A DNA stretch of 64,000 bases, from the NCBI RefSeq assembly GCF_036567905.1, contig NZ_DATCTO010000012.1, positions 55,347-119,346 of the forward strand, read 5' to 3'. The notes beneath the pieces were generated by a model. The model was not told the origin of the DNA. It worked only from the letters and a program-made list of their open reading frames with translations, and did not search any database. The position numbers were made by a program, and so were the translations under genes. This stretch comes from Candidatus Binatus sp. GTDB taxonomy: Bacteria > Desulfobacterota > Binatia > Binatales > Binataceae. Shown in pieces: positions 33,402 through 43,913 of this stretch. Position 1 is the stretch's first letter. Each line of letters begins with the position of its first letter.

Positions 33402-33821
33402 ATGCCGATGAAGAAAAAAGATATCGAGAAGCTGCTCAAGAAACCGATCGTCGCGGTGGTTGCGGTTACCGCGCCCGACGGCGGGCCGCACGCGGTGCCG
33501 ACCTGGTTCGAGTACGCCGGCGGGCAAATCGTTTTCCACACCGCAGCGCAGTCGTTCAAATACAAATGCCTGGTGCGCGATCCGCGCGTGACGCTGGTGG
33601 TCGATACCAAGAAGGCGCCCTACAAGACGGTGGTGCTGAAGGGACGCGCCACGCTCGAGGAAAAGATCGACGACAAACGCACGGAGCGGATGGCGGTCGA
33701 GTACCTGGGCAAGAAACTCGGCAAGGCGTACGCGAAGTCGCTCAAGGGCAACAAGGTCGTGGTGGTGAGCTTCAAGCCGGCGCGGACGATCTCGTGGGAC
33801 TACGGGCAGGAGCGGCCATAG
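33402..33821 (+). CDS. Pyridoxamine-5'-phosphate oxidase-like (split-barrel, putative F420/FMN-binding) protein
   Basis: DGGPHAVPTWF, KYKCLVRDPRVTLVVD, V..G.A. Confidence 0.8.
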   Translation: MPMKKKDIEKLLKKPIVAVVAVTAPDGGPHAVPTWFEYAGGQIVFHTAAQSFKYKCLVRDPRVTLVVDTKKAPYKTVVLKGRATLEEKIDDKRTERMAVEYLGKKLGKAYAKSLKGNKVVVVSFKPARTISWDYGQERP

Positions 33822-33890
33822 CGCACAAGGTACGGCGGCGCCGTCGCGCGCTGCTTTCGACGGGCTAATGCATCTGCGATAATTTTATTA

Positions 33891-34940
33891 GTGGCACGAC
33901 AGGTACCAGACGATGCGGTTATCGAGGCGCTCGGACACGTAAAGTATCCCGGTTACGCCGCCGACATCGTTGCGCTTGGAATCGTCGAGGATGTCCGGCC
34001 CGCGCAAAGCGGCGGCTGCGCGATCACGATTCGACAGGTCACCGAGCGCGACGAGGTGATCCGCGAGCTGGCCGGAAGAATCCATCACGCGCTCACGCAC
34101 GACCTAGGGGTGCCCAGCGTCGAGCTCAGGGTGCATCGAATCGAAGCCGAGCTGGGCGAAAAAACCGGCCGGGTGCGGCTGGAAGGCACCAAGCACATAA
34201 TCGCGGTGGGAAGCGGCAAGGGCGGAGTCGGCAAATCCACCGTCGCGGCGAACCTTGCGGTGGCGCTGGCGCGATTGGGGCTCAGCGTCGGTCTGCTGGA
34301 CGCCGACATGTACGGGCCGTCGGTACCGATGATGTTCAAGGCTGGCGACGAGCGGCCCAAGCCGGCGGGCGGACAGAATTTCTTTCCGATCGAAAAGTAC
34401 GGGGTGAAGCTGATCTCGATCGGATTTTTCATGGGCGAGAAGGCACCGGTTATCTGGCGCGGACCGATGGTGATGGGGGCGGTGCGCCAATTTCTCAAGG
34501 ACACGCTGTGGGGCAGCCAGGATTTTCTGGTGGTAGATCTTCCGCCCGGCACCGGCGACGCGCAGTTGACGCTCGCGCAGCAAGTCTCGCTCGACGGCGC
34601 CGTGATCGTGACGACGCCCCAGGACGTTGCGCTGCTCGACGCGACGCGCGCGATCAAGATGTTTCGGCAGGTGCATTGTCCGATTCTCGGCGTGGTCGAG
34701 AACATGAGCTATTTCGTCTGTCCGGATTGCGGCGAGCGCGACGAACTCTTTGGCCACGGCGGCGGCGAGCGGATGGCCGCCGAGGAAGGGATCCCGCTGC
34801 TCGCGAGGATCCCGATCTATCCCGAGGTGCGCCAGGCCGGCGACGACGGCATGCCGATAACGATCGCCAAACCCGAGCATCCTGCGAGCGTGGCGTTCAT
34901 GGAACTCGCACGGCGGATTGCAAACGCCGCGGACGGTTGA
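33891..34940 (+). CDS. mrp: Mrp/NBP35 Fe-S cluster carrier ATPase
   Basis: GSGKGGVGKST, DADMYGPS, WRGPM, DLPPGTGD, ENMSYFVCPDC. Confidence 0.94.
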   Translation: MARQVPDDAVIEALGHVKYPGYAADIVALGIVEDVRPAQSGGCAITIRQVTERDEVIRELAGRIHHALTHDLGVPSVELRVHRIEAELGEKTGRVRLEGTKHIIAVGSGKGGVGKSTVAANLAVALARLGLSVGLLDADMYGPSVPMMFKAGDERPKPAGGQNFFPIEKYGVKLISIGFFMGEKAPVIWRGPMVMGAVRQFLKDTLWGSQDFLVVDLPPGTGDAQLTLAQQVSLDGAVIVTTPQDVALLDATRAIKMFRQVHCPILGVVENMSYFVCPDCGERDELFGHGGGERMAAEEGIPLLARIPIYPEVRQAGDDGMPITIAKPEHPASVAFMELARRIANAADG

Positions 34941-35067
34941 CAACCAACAGCATGAAATACTTGCTCGGCCTGCCGCGCGCCGATATTGTTGCGGTTTGGT
35001 CCTGTCGTCTCGTCGCCGCCCAGGCGCGGCAAGCTAGATCAACAATGACCGGATTTGGAGCTCGAAA

Positions 35068-35403
35068 ATGGCCACGGTAATAACAGAAGAATGCATTAAC
35101 TGCGGTGCGTGCGAGCCGGAATGCCCCAACACCGCGATTTACGAAGGCGGCGCGCAATGGGAGCTTAACGGCGCGACCACGCCCGCGATCAAGGACGACC
35201 TCTACTATATCGTCCCCGACAAATGCACCGAATGCGTCGGCTTCTTCGACCAGGAGCAGTGCGCGGCGGTTTGCCCGGTCGATTGCTGCATCCCGGACCC
35301 CAAGATTCCCGAGACCGAAGAGGTCCTGATCGAGCGCGCTCGCGTGCTCCATCCCGAGCAAACCTTCGGCGCCGAATACCCCTCGCGGTTTCGAAAGGGC
35401 TGA
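35068..35403 (+). CDS. YfhL-family 4Fe-4S dicluster ferredoxin
   Basis: [12 protein letters not shown] and CTECVG...[10 protein letters not shown]. Confidence 0.92.
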   Translation: MATVITEECINCGACEPECPNTAIYEGGAQWELNGATTPAIKDDLYYIVPDKCTECVGFFDQEQCAAVCPVDCCIPDPKIPETEEVLIERARVLHPEQTFGAEYPSRFRKG

Positions 35404-35421
35404 CGCCGAGGAGCCTGAAGT

Positions 35422-36741
35422 TTGACGACAAAAGATACCGTCCGAATCGCGCCCGCGGACGGCAAGCTCGGCGTGCTGCTGCCCGGCATCGGCGCAGTCA
35501 GCACGACCTTCATCGCCGGAGTCGAGGCGGTTAAGCGCGGTCTGGGCGCGCCGATCGGATCTCTGACCCAGCTCGCCACCGTTCGCCTGGGCAAGCGCAC
35601 CGAGGGACGCACGCCGCTGATCAAGGACTTCGTGCCGCTCGCCAAGCTGGAAGATCTCGAATTCGGCGGATGGGACATTTACGAAGACAGCGCCTACGAA
35701 GCGGCGCGCAACGCGGCGGTCCTCGACCCCGCGCTGCTGGAGCAGGTGCGCGCGCCGCTGGAAAAAATTCATCCGATGGAGGCGGTGTTCGACCAGGACT
35801 ACGTGCGCAACATCCGCGGCCCCAATCTGAAGGAAGCGCGCACCAAGATGGACAAGGCTGTGATGCTGATGGATGACATCCGGCAGTTCCAGAAACGCAC
35901 CGGCGTCGCGCGCACGGTGATGGTCTGGTGCGGCTCGACCGAGGTGTTCCATCTCCCGTCGGCGGTCCATGAGACGCTCAAAGCCTTCGAGGCCGGGCTC
36001 GCCAACAATGATCCCGAAATCGCGCCAAGCCAGATCTATGCCTACGCCGCGCTCAAGATGGGAATCCCATACGCAAACGGCGCGCCCAACCTGACCACCG
36101 ACACGCCCGCGCTGCTGGAACTCGCGCGCGAGACCAACCTCCCCGTCTGCGGCAAGGACTTCAAGACCGGGCAGACGTTTATGAAGACGCTGATCGCGCC
36201 CGGGCTGAAGGCTCGCATGCTGGGGATGTCGGGATGGTTCTCGACCAACATCCTGGGTAATCGCGACGGCGAGGTGCTGGAGGATCCCGGCTCGTTCAAG
36301 TCCAAGGAAGAGACCAAGCTGTCGGTGCTGGACCAGATCCTTCAGCCCGAGCTGCATCCGCAGCTTTACAGCGACGTGTTCCACTCGGTGAAAATCAACT
36401 ACTACCCGCCGCGCGGCGACTCCAAAGAGGGCTGGGACAATATCGATATCTTCGGATGGCTCGGCTATCCGATGCAGATCAAGATCAACTTCCTGTGCCG
36501 CGATTCGATCCTGGCGGCGCCGCTGGTGCTCGACCTCGTGTTGTTTCTCGATTTGGCCCGTCGCGCCGGCATGCGCGGGATTCAGGAATGGCTGTCATTC
36601 TACTTCAAGGCGCCGATGCACGCGCCGAACATCTATCCCGAACACGACATCTTCATCCAGCTGATGAAGCTCAAGAACACGCTGCGCTGGATGCGCGGCG
36701 AGGACCTCATCACGCATCTCGGGCTTGAATACTACGATTGA
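35422..36741 (+). CDS. ino1: myo-inositol-1-phosphate synthase
   Basis: GGWDI, WCGSTE, ANGAPN, GKDFKTGQT, NILGNRDG, DSILAAPLVLDL, WLSFYFKAP. Confidence 0.92.
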   Translation: MTTKDTVRIAPADGKLGVLLPGIGAVSTTFIAGVEAVKRGLGAPIGSLTQLATVRLGKRTEGRTPLIKDFVPLAKLEDLEFGGWDIYEDSAYEAARNAAVLDPALLEQVRAPLEKIHPMEAVFDQDYVRNIRGPNLKEARTKMDKAVMLMDDIRQFQKRTGVARTVMVWCGSTEVFHLPSAVHETLKAFEAGLANNDPEIAPSQIYAYAALKMGIPYANGAPNLTTDTPALLELARETNLPVCGKDFKTGQTFMKTLIAPGLKARMLGMSGWFSTNILGNRDGEVLEDPGSFKSKEETKLSVLDQILQPELHPQLYSDVFHSVKINYYPPRGDSKEGWDNIDIFGWLGYPMQIKINFLCRDSILAAPLVLDLVLFLDLARRAGMRGIQEWLSFYFKAPMHAPNIYPEHDIFIQLMKLKNTLRWMRGEDLITHLGLEYYD

Positions 36742-36797
36742 CGGCCGCGGCGCAGGCCGTTTCGCTCACGCGCGCGCCGCACTAGAATCAAGGCTCG

Positions 36798-38048
36798 ATG
36801 GGCGTGCTTAGCGGCAAAACGATCGTTGTCGGCGTGAGTGGCGGAATCGCCGCGTACAAATCTGCGGAACTCGTCCGCCTGCTGGTCAACGCCGGCGCAG
36901 TCGTCCGGGTGATGATGACGCGTAACGCAACCGAGTTCATCACGCCGCTCACGCTCCAGACGCTCAGCTCGAATCCTGTCGCCACCGACACGTTCTCGCT
37001 GACGCAGGAATCTGAAATCGGCCACATTAGACTCGCCGACAGCGCCGACGCGATCGTGATCGCGCCCGCGACCGCCGACGTGATCGCCAAGGCCGCGGTC
37101 GGTATCGCCGACAACATAGTGACCACCGTGTTGCTTGCCACGCGGGCGAAAGTCGCGTTCGCACCCGCGATGAACGTGCACATGTACGAGCATCCGACGG
37201 TCGCCGAGAACCTCGCCAGGCTGCGGTCGCGCGGTGCGGTGATCGTCGATCCCGGCGAGGGCGCACTGGCATGCGGCTACGAGGGCAAGGGCCGTTTGGC
37301 GGACCCGGCGATCATCGTCGCGGAAATCGAAAAGATGCTCTCCGCGCAGGACGTTGCGGGCGAAAACATTCTGGTAACGGCAGGACCGACCCAGGAACCG
37401 ATCGATGCGGTGCGATTCGTCTCCAACCGTTCGTCGGGCAAGATGGGATTTGCGATCGCGCGCGCGGCGCGGCGCCGCGGCGCGGCCGTGCGAATCATCG
37501 CGGGGCCGTCCGCGCTGGCGACGCCCTGCGGCGTCGAACGAATCGACACGGTGACTGCGGCCGGGATGCTCAGTCAAACGTCCAGCAATTTTCCGTGGTC
37601 CACGGCGCTGGTGATGGCGGCGGCGGTTGCCGATTTCCGCCCGGCGAATTTGGCGCGCGGCAAGATCAAGAAAGATGCGCGCGGGCTTCGACTCGAGATG
37701 GAGCCGATCGCGGACGAGATGCCGCGCCTGGCGGCGAAGAAGGGCGCGCGCCTGCTGGTCGGGTTCGCCGCCGAGACCGACGACCTGGAAGCCAACGCGC
37801 GCGCCAAGCTTAAACGCAAGGGACTCGACCTTATCGTCGCCAACGACGTGACGCGGGAGGGCGCCGGCTTTGAAGTCGATACCAATATCGTCACGCTAAT
37901 CGGCTCCGACGGTCGCTCCCAGAGCCATCCGCAGATGTCCAAGGACGCGGTCGCGGACCTGATCCTCGATCGAATCGTCGCAATCCGCGCCGCCAAACCG
38001 AAGTCCGCCCGCCCAGGTAAATCCTCGCGCCTGCGCGCCGTCAGATAG
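36798..38048 (+). CDS. coaBC: Bifunctional phosphopantothenoylcysteine decarboxylase/ligase
   Basis: GVSGGIAAYK, APATA, PAMN, ACG..GKGR, TAGPTQEPIDAVRFVSNRSSGKMG, GFAAET. Confidence 0.96.
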   Translation: MGVLSGKTIVVGVSGGIAAYKSAELVRLLVNAGAVVRVMMTRNATEFITPLTLQTLSSNPVATDTFSLTQESEIGHIRLADSADAIVIAPATADVIAKAAVGIADNIVTTVLLATRAKVAFAPAMNVHMYEHPTVAENLARLRSRGAVIVDPGEGALACGYEGKGRLADPAIIVAEIEKMLSAQDVAGENILVTAGPTQEPIDAVRFVSNRSSGKMGFAIARAARRRGAAVRIIAGPSALATPCGVERIDTVTAAGMLSQTSSNFPWSTALVMAAAVADFRPANLARGKIKKDARGLRLEMEPIADEMPRLAAKKGARLLVGFAAETDDLEANARAKLKRKGLDLIVANDVTREGAGFEVDTNIVTLIGSDGRSQSHPQMSKDAVADLILDRIVAIRAAKPKSARPGKSSRLRAVR

Positions 38049-38055
38049 CTTTCGA

Positions 38056-38868
38056 ATGGACGCGTCGTCGCCGCCGGATCGTCGCACGCTGGTCGCCACG
38101 ATCCGCGACTACGTCGAGCAGTTGCGCGAGGAGGGGATGGAAGGACTTCCCGCGCCGGCGCCCGGGGCCGCGCGCCACGCGCTCACCGCGCCGGCGCCTG
38201 CAGCCGATTCGGTGCCCGAAGCCGGCAGGACCGACGACGCACTCGTGCCCGCCGAACTGTTCTCGAAATATCCCGGACTCGAAAAATCCACGACGCTCGA
38301 CGAGCTGCGCCAGTTCATCGGAGATTGCCAACGATGCAAGCTGGCGCCGCGCCGTATCAATCTCGTCTTCGGGGTCGGCGATCCCAACGCGCAGTTGATG
38401 TTCGTCGGCGAGGCGCCCGGCGCCGACGAGGACGCCCGCGGCGAGCCGTTCGTCGGCCGCGCCGGTCAATTGCTGACCGACATCATCGAGCGCGGCATGG
38501 GCATCCGCCGCGCCGAGGTGTACATCTGCAACGTGATCAAGTGCCGGCCGCCCGACAATCGAAATCCCGAACCCGACGAAGTCGCCGCGTGCGAGCCGTT
38601 TCTTTTTCGCCAGATTGAGCTCGTGCGTCCGCGCGCGATCATCGGGCTGGGCGCCTTCGCCGTGCAGGCCGTGCTGAAAGTGAAGACGCCCATCAGCAAG
38701 CTGCGCGGCAACTGGCACGATTTCCGCGGCATTCGATTCATGCCCACGTTTCATCCCGCCTACCTGCTGCGCAACCCGAGCGACAAACGGCTGGTGTGGG
38801 CCGATATTCAGGAAGTGATGAAATTTCTCGGGATGCCGATTCCGCGCCGCGCGGGTTCCGGCTCGTGA
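38056..38868 (+). CDS. Uracil-DNA glycosylase, family 4 (Fe-S)
   Basis: [35 protein letters not shown]. Confidence 0.93.
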   Translation: MDASSPPDRRTLVATIRDYVEQLREEGMEGLPAPAPGAARHALTAPAPAADSVPEAGRTDDALVPAELFSKYPGLEKSTTLDELRQFIGDCQRCKLAPRRINLVFGVGDPNAQLMFVGEAPGADEDARGEPFVGRAGQLLTDIIERGMGIRRAEVYICNVIKCRPPDNRNPEPDEVAACEPFLFRQIELVRPRAIIGLGAFAVQAVLKVKTPISKLRGNWHDFRGIRFMPTFHPAYLLRNPSDKRLVWADIQEVMKFLGMPIPRRAGSGS

Positions 38869-40196
38869 GCCTGCGCTTAAGCTTCGTCGCCATCGCGGCA
38901 TTAACGATCGCGATCGGATCGCTCGCATCGGATCGAATACTTGCCGCCGCCGCGCCCGCGAAATCGGCTGCGCATCCGCCGTGGGTTCAACTGATCACGA
39001 TTGACGGCTCGATCAATCCCGCCACCGCGTCCTACATCGAGGATTCGCTCGCGTCCGCAAACGCGGGAGGGGCAAGCGCCCTGGTGATCGAGCTCGACAC
39101 GCCGGGCGGCCTTCTCACTTCCGCCGAAAAGATCGTCAAGGACATCCTGGCCGCTCCCGTACCCGTAATCGTGTACGTCGCGCCGTCAGGCGCCAGCGCC
39201 GCGTCCGCCGGCACCTTCATCACCGAAGCTGCGAACGTAGCCGCGATGGCGCCTGGAACTACAATCGGTGCGGCTCATCCGATCGAAGAGGGCGGAGAGG
39301 ACATCAAGGGCGTGATGGGTCAGAAGATCGAGAATTTCACGGCGACCTTTGCACGCACGATCGCTGAGCAGCGCGGGCGCAACCAGGATTGGATCGAGCA
39401 GGCCGTCCGCCGCAGCGTTGCGATCGGCGAGCGCGAGGCGCTGGCCAAGAACGTCGTCGATATCGTCGCGCCCGACCTGCGCAGCCTGCTGACGCAAGCC
39501 ACCGGGCGCAAGGTCCAGGTCGCAGGCCACACCGTGACGCTCGCGCTGGCCGATGCCACCGTGCGCCGCGTGCGAATGACGCCCGGCCAGCAACTGCTCA
39601 ACACCCTGGCCGATCCCAACATCGTCTATCTGCTGCTGATGGCGGGACTGATCGGCCTGTACTTCGAGTTCGCGCATCCGGGAGTCATCTTTCCCGGCGT
39701 TGCCGGCGCGATTTGCCTGCTGCTCGCGCTGGCGTCGTTCCAGGTCCTGCCGGTAAATCTCACCGGCTTGCTGTTGATTTTTCTCGGCGTTGGATTGCTG
39801 ATCTCCGAAGCCTTCGTCACCAGCTATGGAATCCTCGGCTTGGGCGGCGTTGCGGCGTTCGTCATAGGCTCGCTGTTTTTGATTGACACTTCGAAGACCA
39901 ACCTGGTGGTCGATCGCGACATTATATATGGCGCGGCCGCGGCGCTGACGCTGATCATCCTCGGCATCGGATACATCGTGGCCCGCGAGCGCCGCCGCCG
40001 CTCGACCACCGGCGCGGAAGGCCTGGTCGGCGAGGTCGGCGAGGTGCGCGAGGCGATCGCTCCCGGCGCGCCGGGCAAAGTGTTTGTTCATGGCGAGATT
40101 TGGCGCGCGGTCAGCACCGACGCGCTCAGCCCCGGCGCGCGCGCTCGCGTCAAGTCGATCGACGGTTTGGAATTGCAAGTGCAGAAGTTGCCGTGA
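38865..40196 (+). CDS. nfeD: NfeD-family membrane-bound serine protease (long form)
   Basis: [25 protein letters not shown] region, C-terminal OB fold ([10 protein letters not shown]); GTG start overlaps the UDG stop. Confidence 0.9.
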   Translation: MSLRLSFVAIAALTIAIGSLASDRILAAAAPAKSAAHPPWVQLITIDGSINPATASYIEDSLASANAGGASALVIELDTPGGLLTSAEKIVKDILAAPVPVIVYVAPSGASAASAGTFITEAANVAAMAPGTTIGAAHPIEEGGEDIKGVMGQKIENFTATFARTIAEQRGRNQDWIEQAVRRSVAIGEREALAKNVVDIVAPDLRSLLTQATGRKVQVAGHTVTLALADATVRRVRMTPGQQLLNTLADPNIVYLLLMAGLIGLYFEFAHPGVIFPGVAGAICLLLALASFQVLPVNLTGLLLIFLGVGLLISEAFVTSYGILGLGGVAAFVIGSLFLIDTSKTNLVVDRDIIYGAAAALTLIILGIGYIVARERRRRSTTGAEGLVGEVGEVREAIAPGAPGKVFVHGEIWRAVSTDALSPGARARVKSIDGLELQVQKLP

Positions 40197-40278
40197 AGTT
40201 TGGAAAATTCCGGAGGGTTCGGAGGACAACGTAGAACATCAACCAGCCTCGCGCGCTTGGGGGCGAAGGAGAATCGTG

Positions 40279-41058
40279 ATGGCGAGCGGAATAGGCGTAG
40301 TCGTCTTCATCGTTGCAATTTTCATTTTGAGCGGGCTCAAAATCCTCAACGAGTACGAGCGCGGCGTAGTCTTTCGTCTCGGCCGGCTCACTCCTTATCG
40401 CGGGCCGGGCGTGATCTTCGTGATCCCCGTGATCGAGCGGATGATGCGAATCGATCTGCGGACCGTTACGCTGGACATCCCGCCGCAGGACGTGATCACC
40501 AAGGACAACGTGACCGTCAAGGTCAGCGCGGTCCTGTACTTTCGGGTCGTGGATCCCTCGCGCGCGGTCACCGAGGTCGAAAATTTCCTGTTCGCCACGA
40601 TGCAACTGGCGCAGACCACGTTGCGCTCCGTCGGCGGCCAGACCGAACTCGACGAGTTGCTCAGCCAGCGCGACAAGCTCAACGCGCGCATCCAGGAAAT
40701 CGTCGATTCGCAAACCGAGCCGTGGGGCGTGAAGGTCACGCTCGTCGAGTTGAAAAATATCGATCTCCCGCAGGATATGCAGCGCGCGATCGCGGCGCAG
40801 GCCGAGGCCGAGCGCGAGCGCCGCGCCAAGGTGATCGCGGCGGAAGGTGAATTCCAAGCCGCGCAGCGGCTCTCGGAGGCGGCGGAGATCATGAGCAAGA
40901 GTCCCGTCACGCTCCAGCTTCGCTACCTGCAGACGCTCAAGGAGATCGCGGGCGAGCACAATTCCACCATCGTCTTTCCGTTGCCGATCGATCTGCTCGA
41001 ACCGTTCCGCGCGTTTGCCAAAGCTGTCGGCGGCGGCGGCGACAAGCCCACGACCTGA
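40279..41058 (+). CDS. SPFH/stomatin-like (slipin) protein
   Basis: [45 protein letters not shown]; paired with nfeD. Confidence 0.92.
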   Translation: MASGIGVVVFIVAIFILSGLKILNEYERGVVFRLGRLTPYRGPGVIFVIPVIERMMRIDLRTVTLDIPPQDVITKDNVTVKVSAVLYFRVVDPSRAVTEVENFLFATMQLAQTTLRSVGGQTELDELLSQRDKLNARIQEIVDSQTEPWGVKVTLVELKNIDLPQDMQRAIAAQAEAERERRAKVIAAEGEFQAAQRLSEAAEIMSKSPVTLQLRYLQTLKEIAGEHNSTIVFPLPIDLLEPFRAFAKAVGGGGDKPTT

Positions 41059-41114
41059 GCAACCGTATCGTTTCGTTGGCGCCAAACTGAATTTTCGGAG
41101 AGACTTTCGACCCT

Positions 41115-41717
41115 ATGGGCAAGCTGATAATGGTTCGTCATGGCGAGAGCGAAGGCAACGCGATTCGGCGCTTCACCACCTCCGCCGACACGAAAATCAC
41201 CGAGCTTGGCCGCCGCCAGGCGCGCGAGGCCGCGCTCAGAATCAAGCTGAAGTTTCAGCCGACGCTGGTGATTGCGAGCACGTTCGCGCGCGCCCGCGAG
41301 ACCGGCCTCATCATCGCCGGGGAACTGCGCATCCCGATCGAATACGAGGCGGAGTTCCGCGAGCAGAGTCTTGGCGAGCTCGCCGGACAGCCGTACGAGT
41401 CGGTCGCCAACGATCCCAGCTTCGATCCGAAGCGCTCATGGGTGTGGCGCGCGCCGGGCGGCGAGAGTCATGAAGACGTGCTCAGGCGCGTCGCTCCGGT
41501 TCTCGATCGCGTAGCCCGGCAATATCCCAGCGAGGAGATCGTAATCGTCAGTCATGGCGGCGTGATGCGATCGGTGTGGGCGCACGTGACCGGCAAGTGG
41601 GAAAACGCTCACGTGCCGCCCAACTGCGGTATCGTTGTGATCGAGCATGAAAGCGGCCGCTACCGCGATCCCGAAGTGGTGTACGGAGAATCTCCGGCGC
41701 GCGAAACCGGCGGATAA
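41115..41717 (+). CDS. Histidine phosphatase family protein
   Basis: VRHGESEGN, RARET, SHGG. Confidence 0.9.
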   Translation: MGKLIMVRHGESEGNAIRRFTTSADTKITELGRRQAREAALRIKLKFQPTLVIASTFARARETGLIIAGELRIPIEYEAEFREQSLGELAGQPYESVANDPSFDPKRSWVWRAPGGESHEDVLRRVAPVLDRVARQYPSEEIVIVSHGGVMRSVWAHVTGKWENAHVPPNCGIVVIEHESGRYRDPEVVYGESPARETGG

Positions 41718-41727
41718 TTTCAGTTTT

Positions 41728-42501
41728 TCACTCTTTGCCCGCGCCCGACAAAACTGAATCGAGAAATTCCTGGCTGCGCAGCCGCCGATCCACGATCGAT
41801 CCGATGAACCGCGCCAGCGCGAGCGCACCGTCCGGTCCCGCCGCCTCCGAGCCGGGCGAATCGTCCATCGGCGCCGTCCCCAGGCGCGCGAGAATTGCGG
41901 CGGCGCCGCTCGACAGCTTGATCGCGCCCTCCGCCACCGAAGGCCGGCATTTTGCGCACACGACCCCGCCGCGCGACACCACGAAATAAACCGCCGCGCC
42001 GTTGACGCCGTTGGCGCTCGCGCATATGCGGCAGCGCGTAAACTCGAGTCCGAAGCCGGCCCATCCCAGCAGCCGCAGCTCGAAAGCCTGGCGCAGCGCC
42101 GCGTCTGCAAACCGGTGGCTCAGCGCGCCGAGTCCTTCCGACAACACCCGATACGCATCCGCCGCTTCGCCCTCCTCGGTCGTCAGCGCGTCGGTGAGGT
42201 CGAGCATGTAGCTGCCCAGCGCGATCTTGGCGAGGTCGTCGTCGAGCACGTGTTGAGGCAGGTCGGCCGCTTCGGCGCGCGTGATAAACACCAACTGCCC
42301 GTGTGGCCGCCGGCGGTAGTGCAGGACGACGTGCGTAAATGGTTCGAGCTTGCGCTCGAAGCGATGCCGCGACGCCTTGGCGCCCTTCGCGATGCCGCTG
42401 AGCTTGCCGGCGTGCAGCGTCAGCAGCGTGACGATTCGATCCGACTCGGCGTAGTCGCGCGCGCGAAGCACGATCGCCGGCGTTGATTCTTCGACCGGCA
42501 T
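41728..42501 (-). CDS. recO: DNA repair protein RecO
   Basis: AIVLRARDYAESDRIVTLLT, AKGAK, zinc site CRIC...CAKC. Confidence 0.93.
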   Translation of the reverse strand: MPVEESTPAIVLRARDYAESDRIVTLLTLHAGKLSGIAKGAKASRHRFERKLEPFTHVVLHYRRRPHGQLVFITRAEAADLPQHVLDDDLAKIALGSYMLDLTDALTTEEGEAADAYRVLSEGLGALSHRFADAALRQAFELRLLGWAGFGLEFTRCRICASANGVNGAAVYFVVSRGGVVCAKCRPSVAEGAIKLSSGAAAILARLGTAPMDDSPGSEAAGPDGALALARFIGSIVDRRLRSQEFLDSVLSGAGKE

Positions 42502-42507
42502 GAATTT

Positions 42508-43641
42508 CTAATCGCCGACGCTTCTGCGGAACACGGCTTGCTGAATGTCCTTGACCTCGAGGCGCATCCGCTCCGCGTTGGCGACCGCCCGGCCGGAGTC
42601 CGACGCCTCCTTCAGCAGCACGTCGAAACGCGCCGCGATGCTGGCGAGTTTCGCATTCGCCTCGGTCAGCGCGCGCCGCCGCAGCTCCTCGCTCTCCCAC
42701 GCGCCGTCGGCGTATTCGCGCAGCTCGCGGCTCTCGAACACCAGTTCCTGCAGCTTGTCTTCGTATCCCCTGACGATTCGGCGCAGCGTCTCGGCCACCT
42801 TGGGCCGCTCTTCGGGGTCTTTCCACAGGACGTGCGCGAGGAACATAAGATCGTCTTCAACCACCGCGGTGCGTCCGGCGACGATTGCGTGCGCGCGCAA
42901 AATGCCGAGCGAGTTTTTCCAGCGCCGGTCCGAAACGACGATTTGCTCGCGCGCGAGTTCGCGCCTGATTTGCGCAATCGCCTCGAGGATCGCGCCCGGC
43001 ACCTTGACCGCCGCCGCCGCCGCGCGCAGCTCGTCGAGCTCCGCAAATTTAAGCGTCGTCCGCGCCGGCTGCGGACCGCCCGCCATCATGCGGATGAAGC
43101 CGTGCTCCTCGGTGATGTAATCGGCCATGAAGCGCAGCATGAAGCGATCGTAAAGCGCGGTCAGTTCGTCCTCGTCGGGCAGTTCGTTCGACGCGCCGAA
43201 CATCGTAATCAGCGGCACCGCGACGCGCTCGCGCCCGTTGTGGAAAATACGCTCGTTGATGATCGTCAACAGTGCGTTGAGGATCGAGGAGTTGGCTTTG
43301 AAGATTTCGTCGAGGAACGCGATGTGCGCCTCGGGCAGTTTGTGCGTGGTGACGCGGCGGTAATCGTCTTCTTCGAGTCCCTTCAAACTCACGGCGCCGA
43401 AAATTTCCTCCGGCGTGCTGAACTTCGTCAGCAGCCACTGAAAATAGTTCGCCCCTTCGATTCGCCGGCACAGTTCGTCGGCCAGCATCGATTTCGCCGT
43501 TCCCGGCGGCCCGATTATCAGAACGTGATTCGCCGACAGCATCGCGACGATTGCGCCGTCGATCAAATCGATTCGTTCGAGGAACATCCGGTTCAGTTCC
43601 TCGCGGATTCGCGCGAGCTTCGATAGTGCGGTGTCTGCCAT
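42508..43641 (-). CDS. MoxR/RavA-type AAA+ ATPase
   Basis: GPPGTAKS (Walker A), FLDEIFKANSSILNALL, ASNELP, LYDRF, VSDRRW. Confidence 0.88.
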   Translation of the reverse strand: MADTALSKLARIREELNRMFLERIDLIDGAIVAMLSANHVLIIGPPGTAKSMLADELCRRIEGANYFQWLLTKFSTPEEIFGAVSLKGLEEDDYRRVTTHKLPEAHIAFLDEIFKANSSILNALLTIINERIFHNGRERVAVPLITMFGASNELPDEDELTALYDRFMLRFMADYITEEHGFIRMMAGGPQPARTTLKFAELDELRAAAAAVKVPGAILEAIAQIRRELAREQIVVSDRRWKNSLGILRAHAIVAGRTAVVEDDLMFLAHVLWKDPEERPKVAETLRRIVRGYEDKLQELVFESRELREYADGAWESEELRRRALTEANAKLASIAARFDVLLKEASDSGRAVANAERMRLEVKDIQQAVFRRSVGD

Positions 43642-43715
43642 TGCGTGCGAGCCGACGCTTCGATCGCTGATCATGACTTCTACCAGACCGGAGCCGAAGA
43701 TTTAACCCCACCCGC

Positions 43716-43812
43716 GGCCGTGGCGACGGCACCGCGGTATTAAGCCGTTTGCAGTCGCCGCGCGCGACAACGGAGCGCGGCCTTAACGGTGGGTGCAGGG
43801 GTCACCCCTGCC
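43716..43812. repeat. 97-bp dispersed repeat (TTAA-N4-hairpin family)
   Basis: Reverse complement aligns without gaps to 58527-58623 (about 14 mismatches by eye) and partly to 63750-63805. Confidence 0.88.
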
Positions 43813-43913
43813 CAAGCTTGCCGCGGCGCCGCTGCTGGCGCTAGATCAGGTAACGGCGCGCGGCTTGGACGATCCTCGTCGTCGCCGGGCGTGCGCGCGG
43901 CAGGAGGGCGGTA

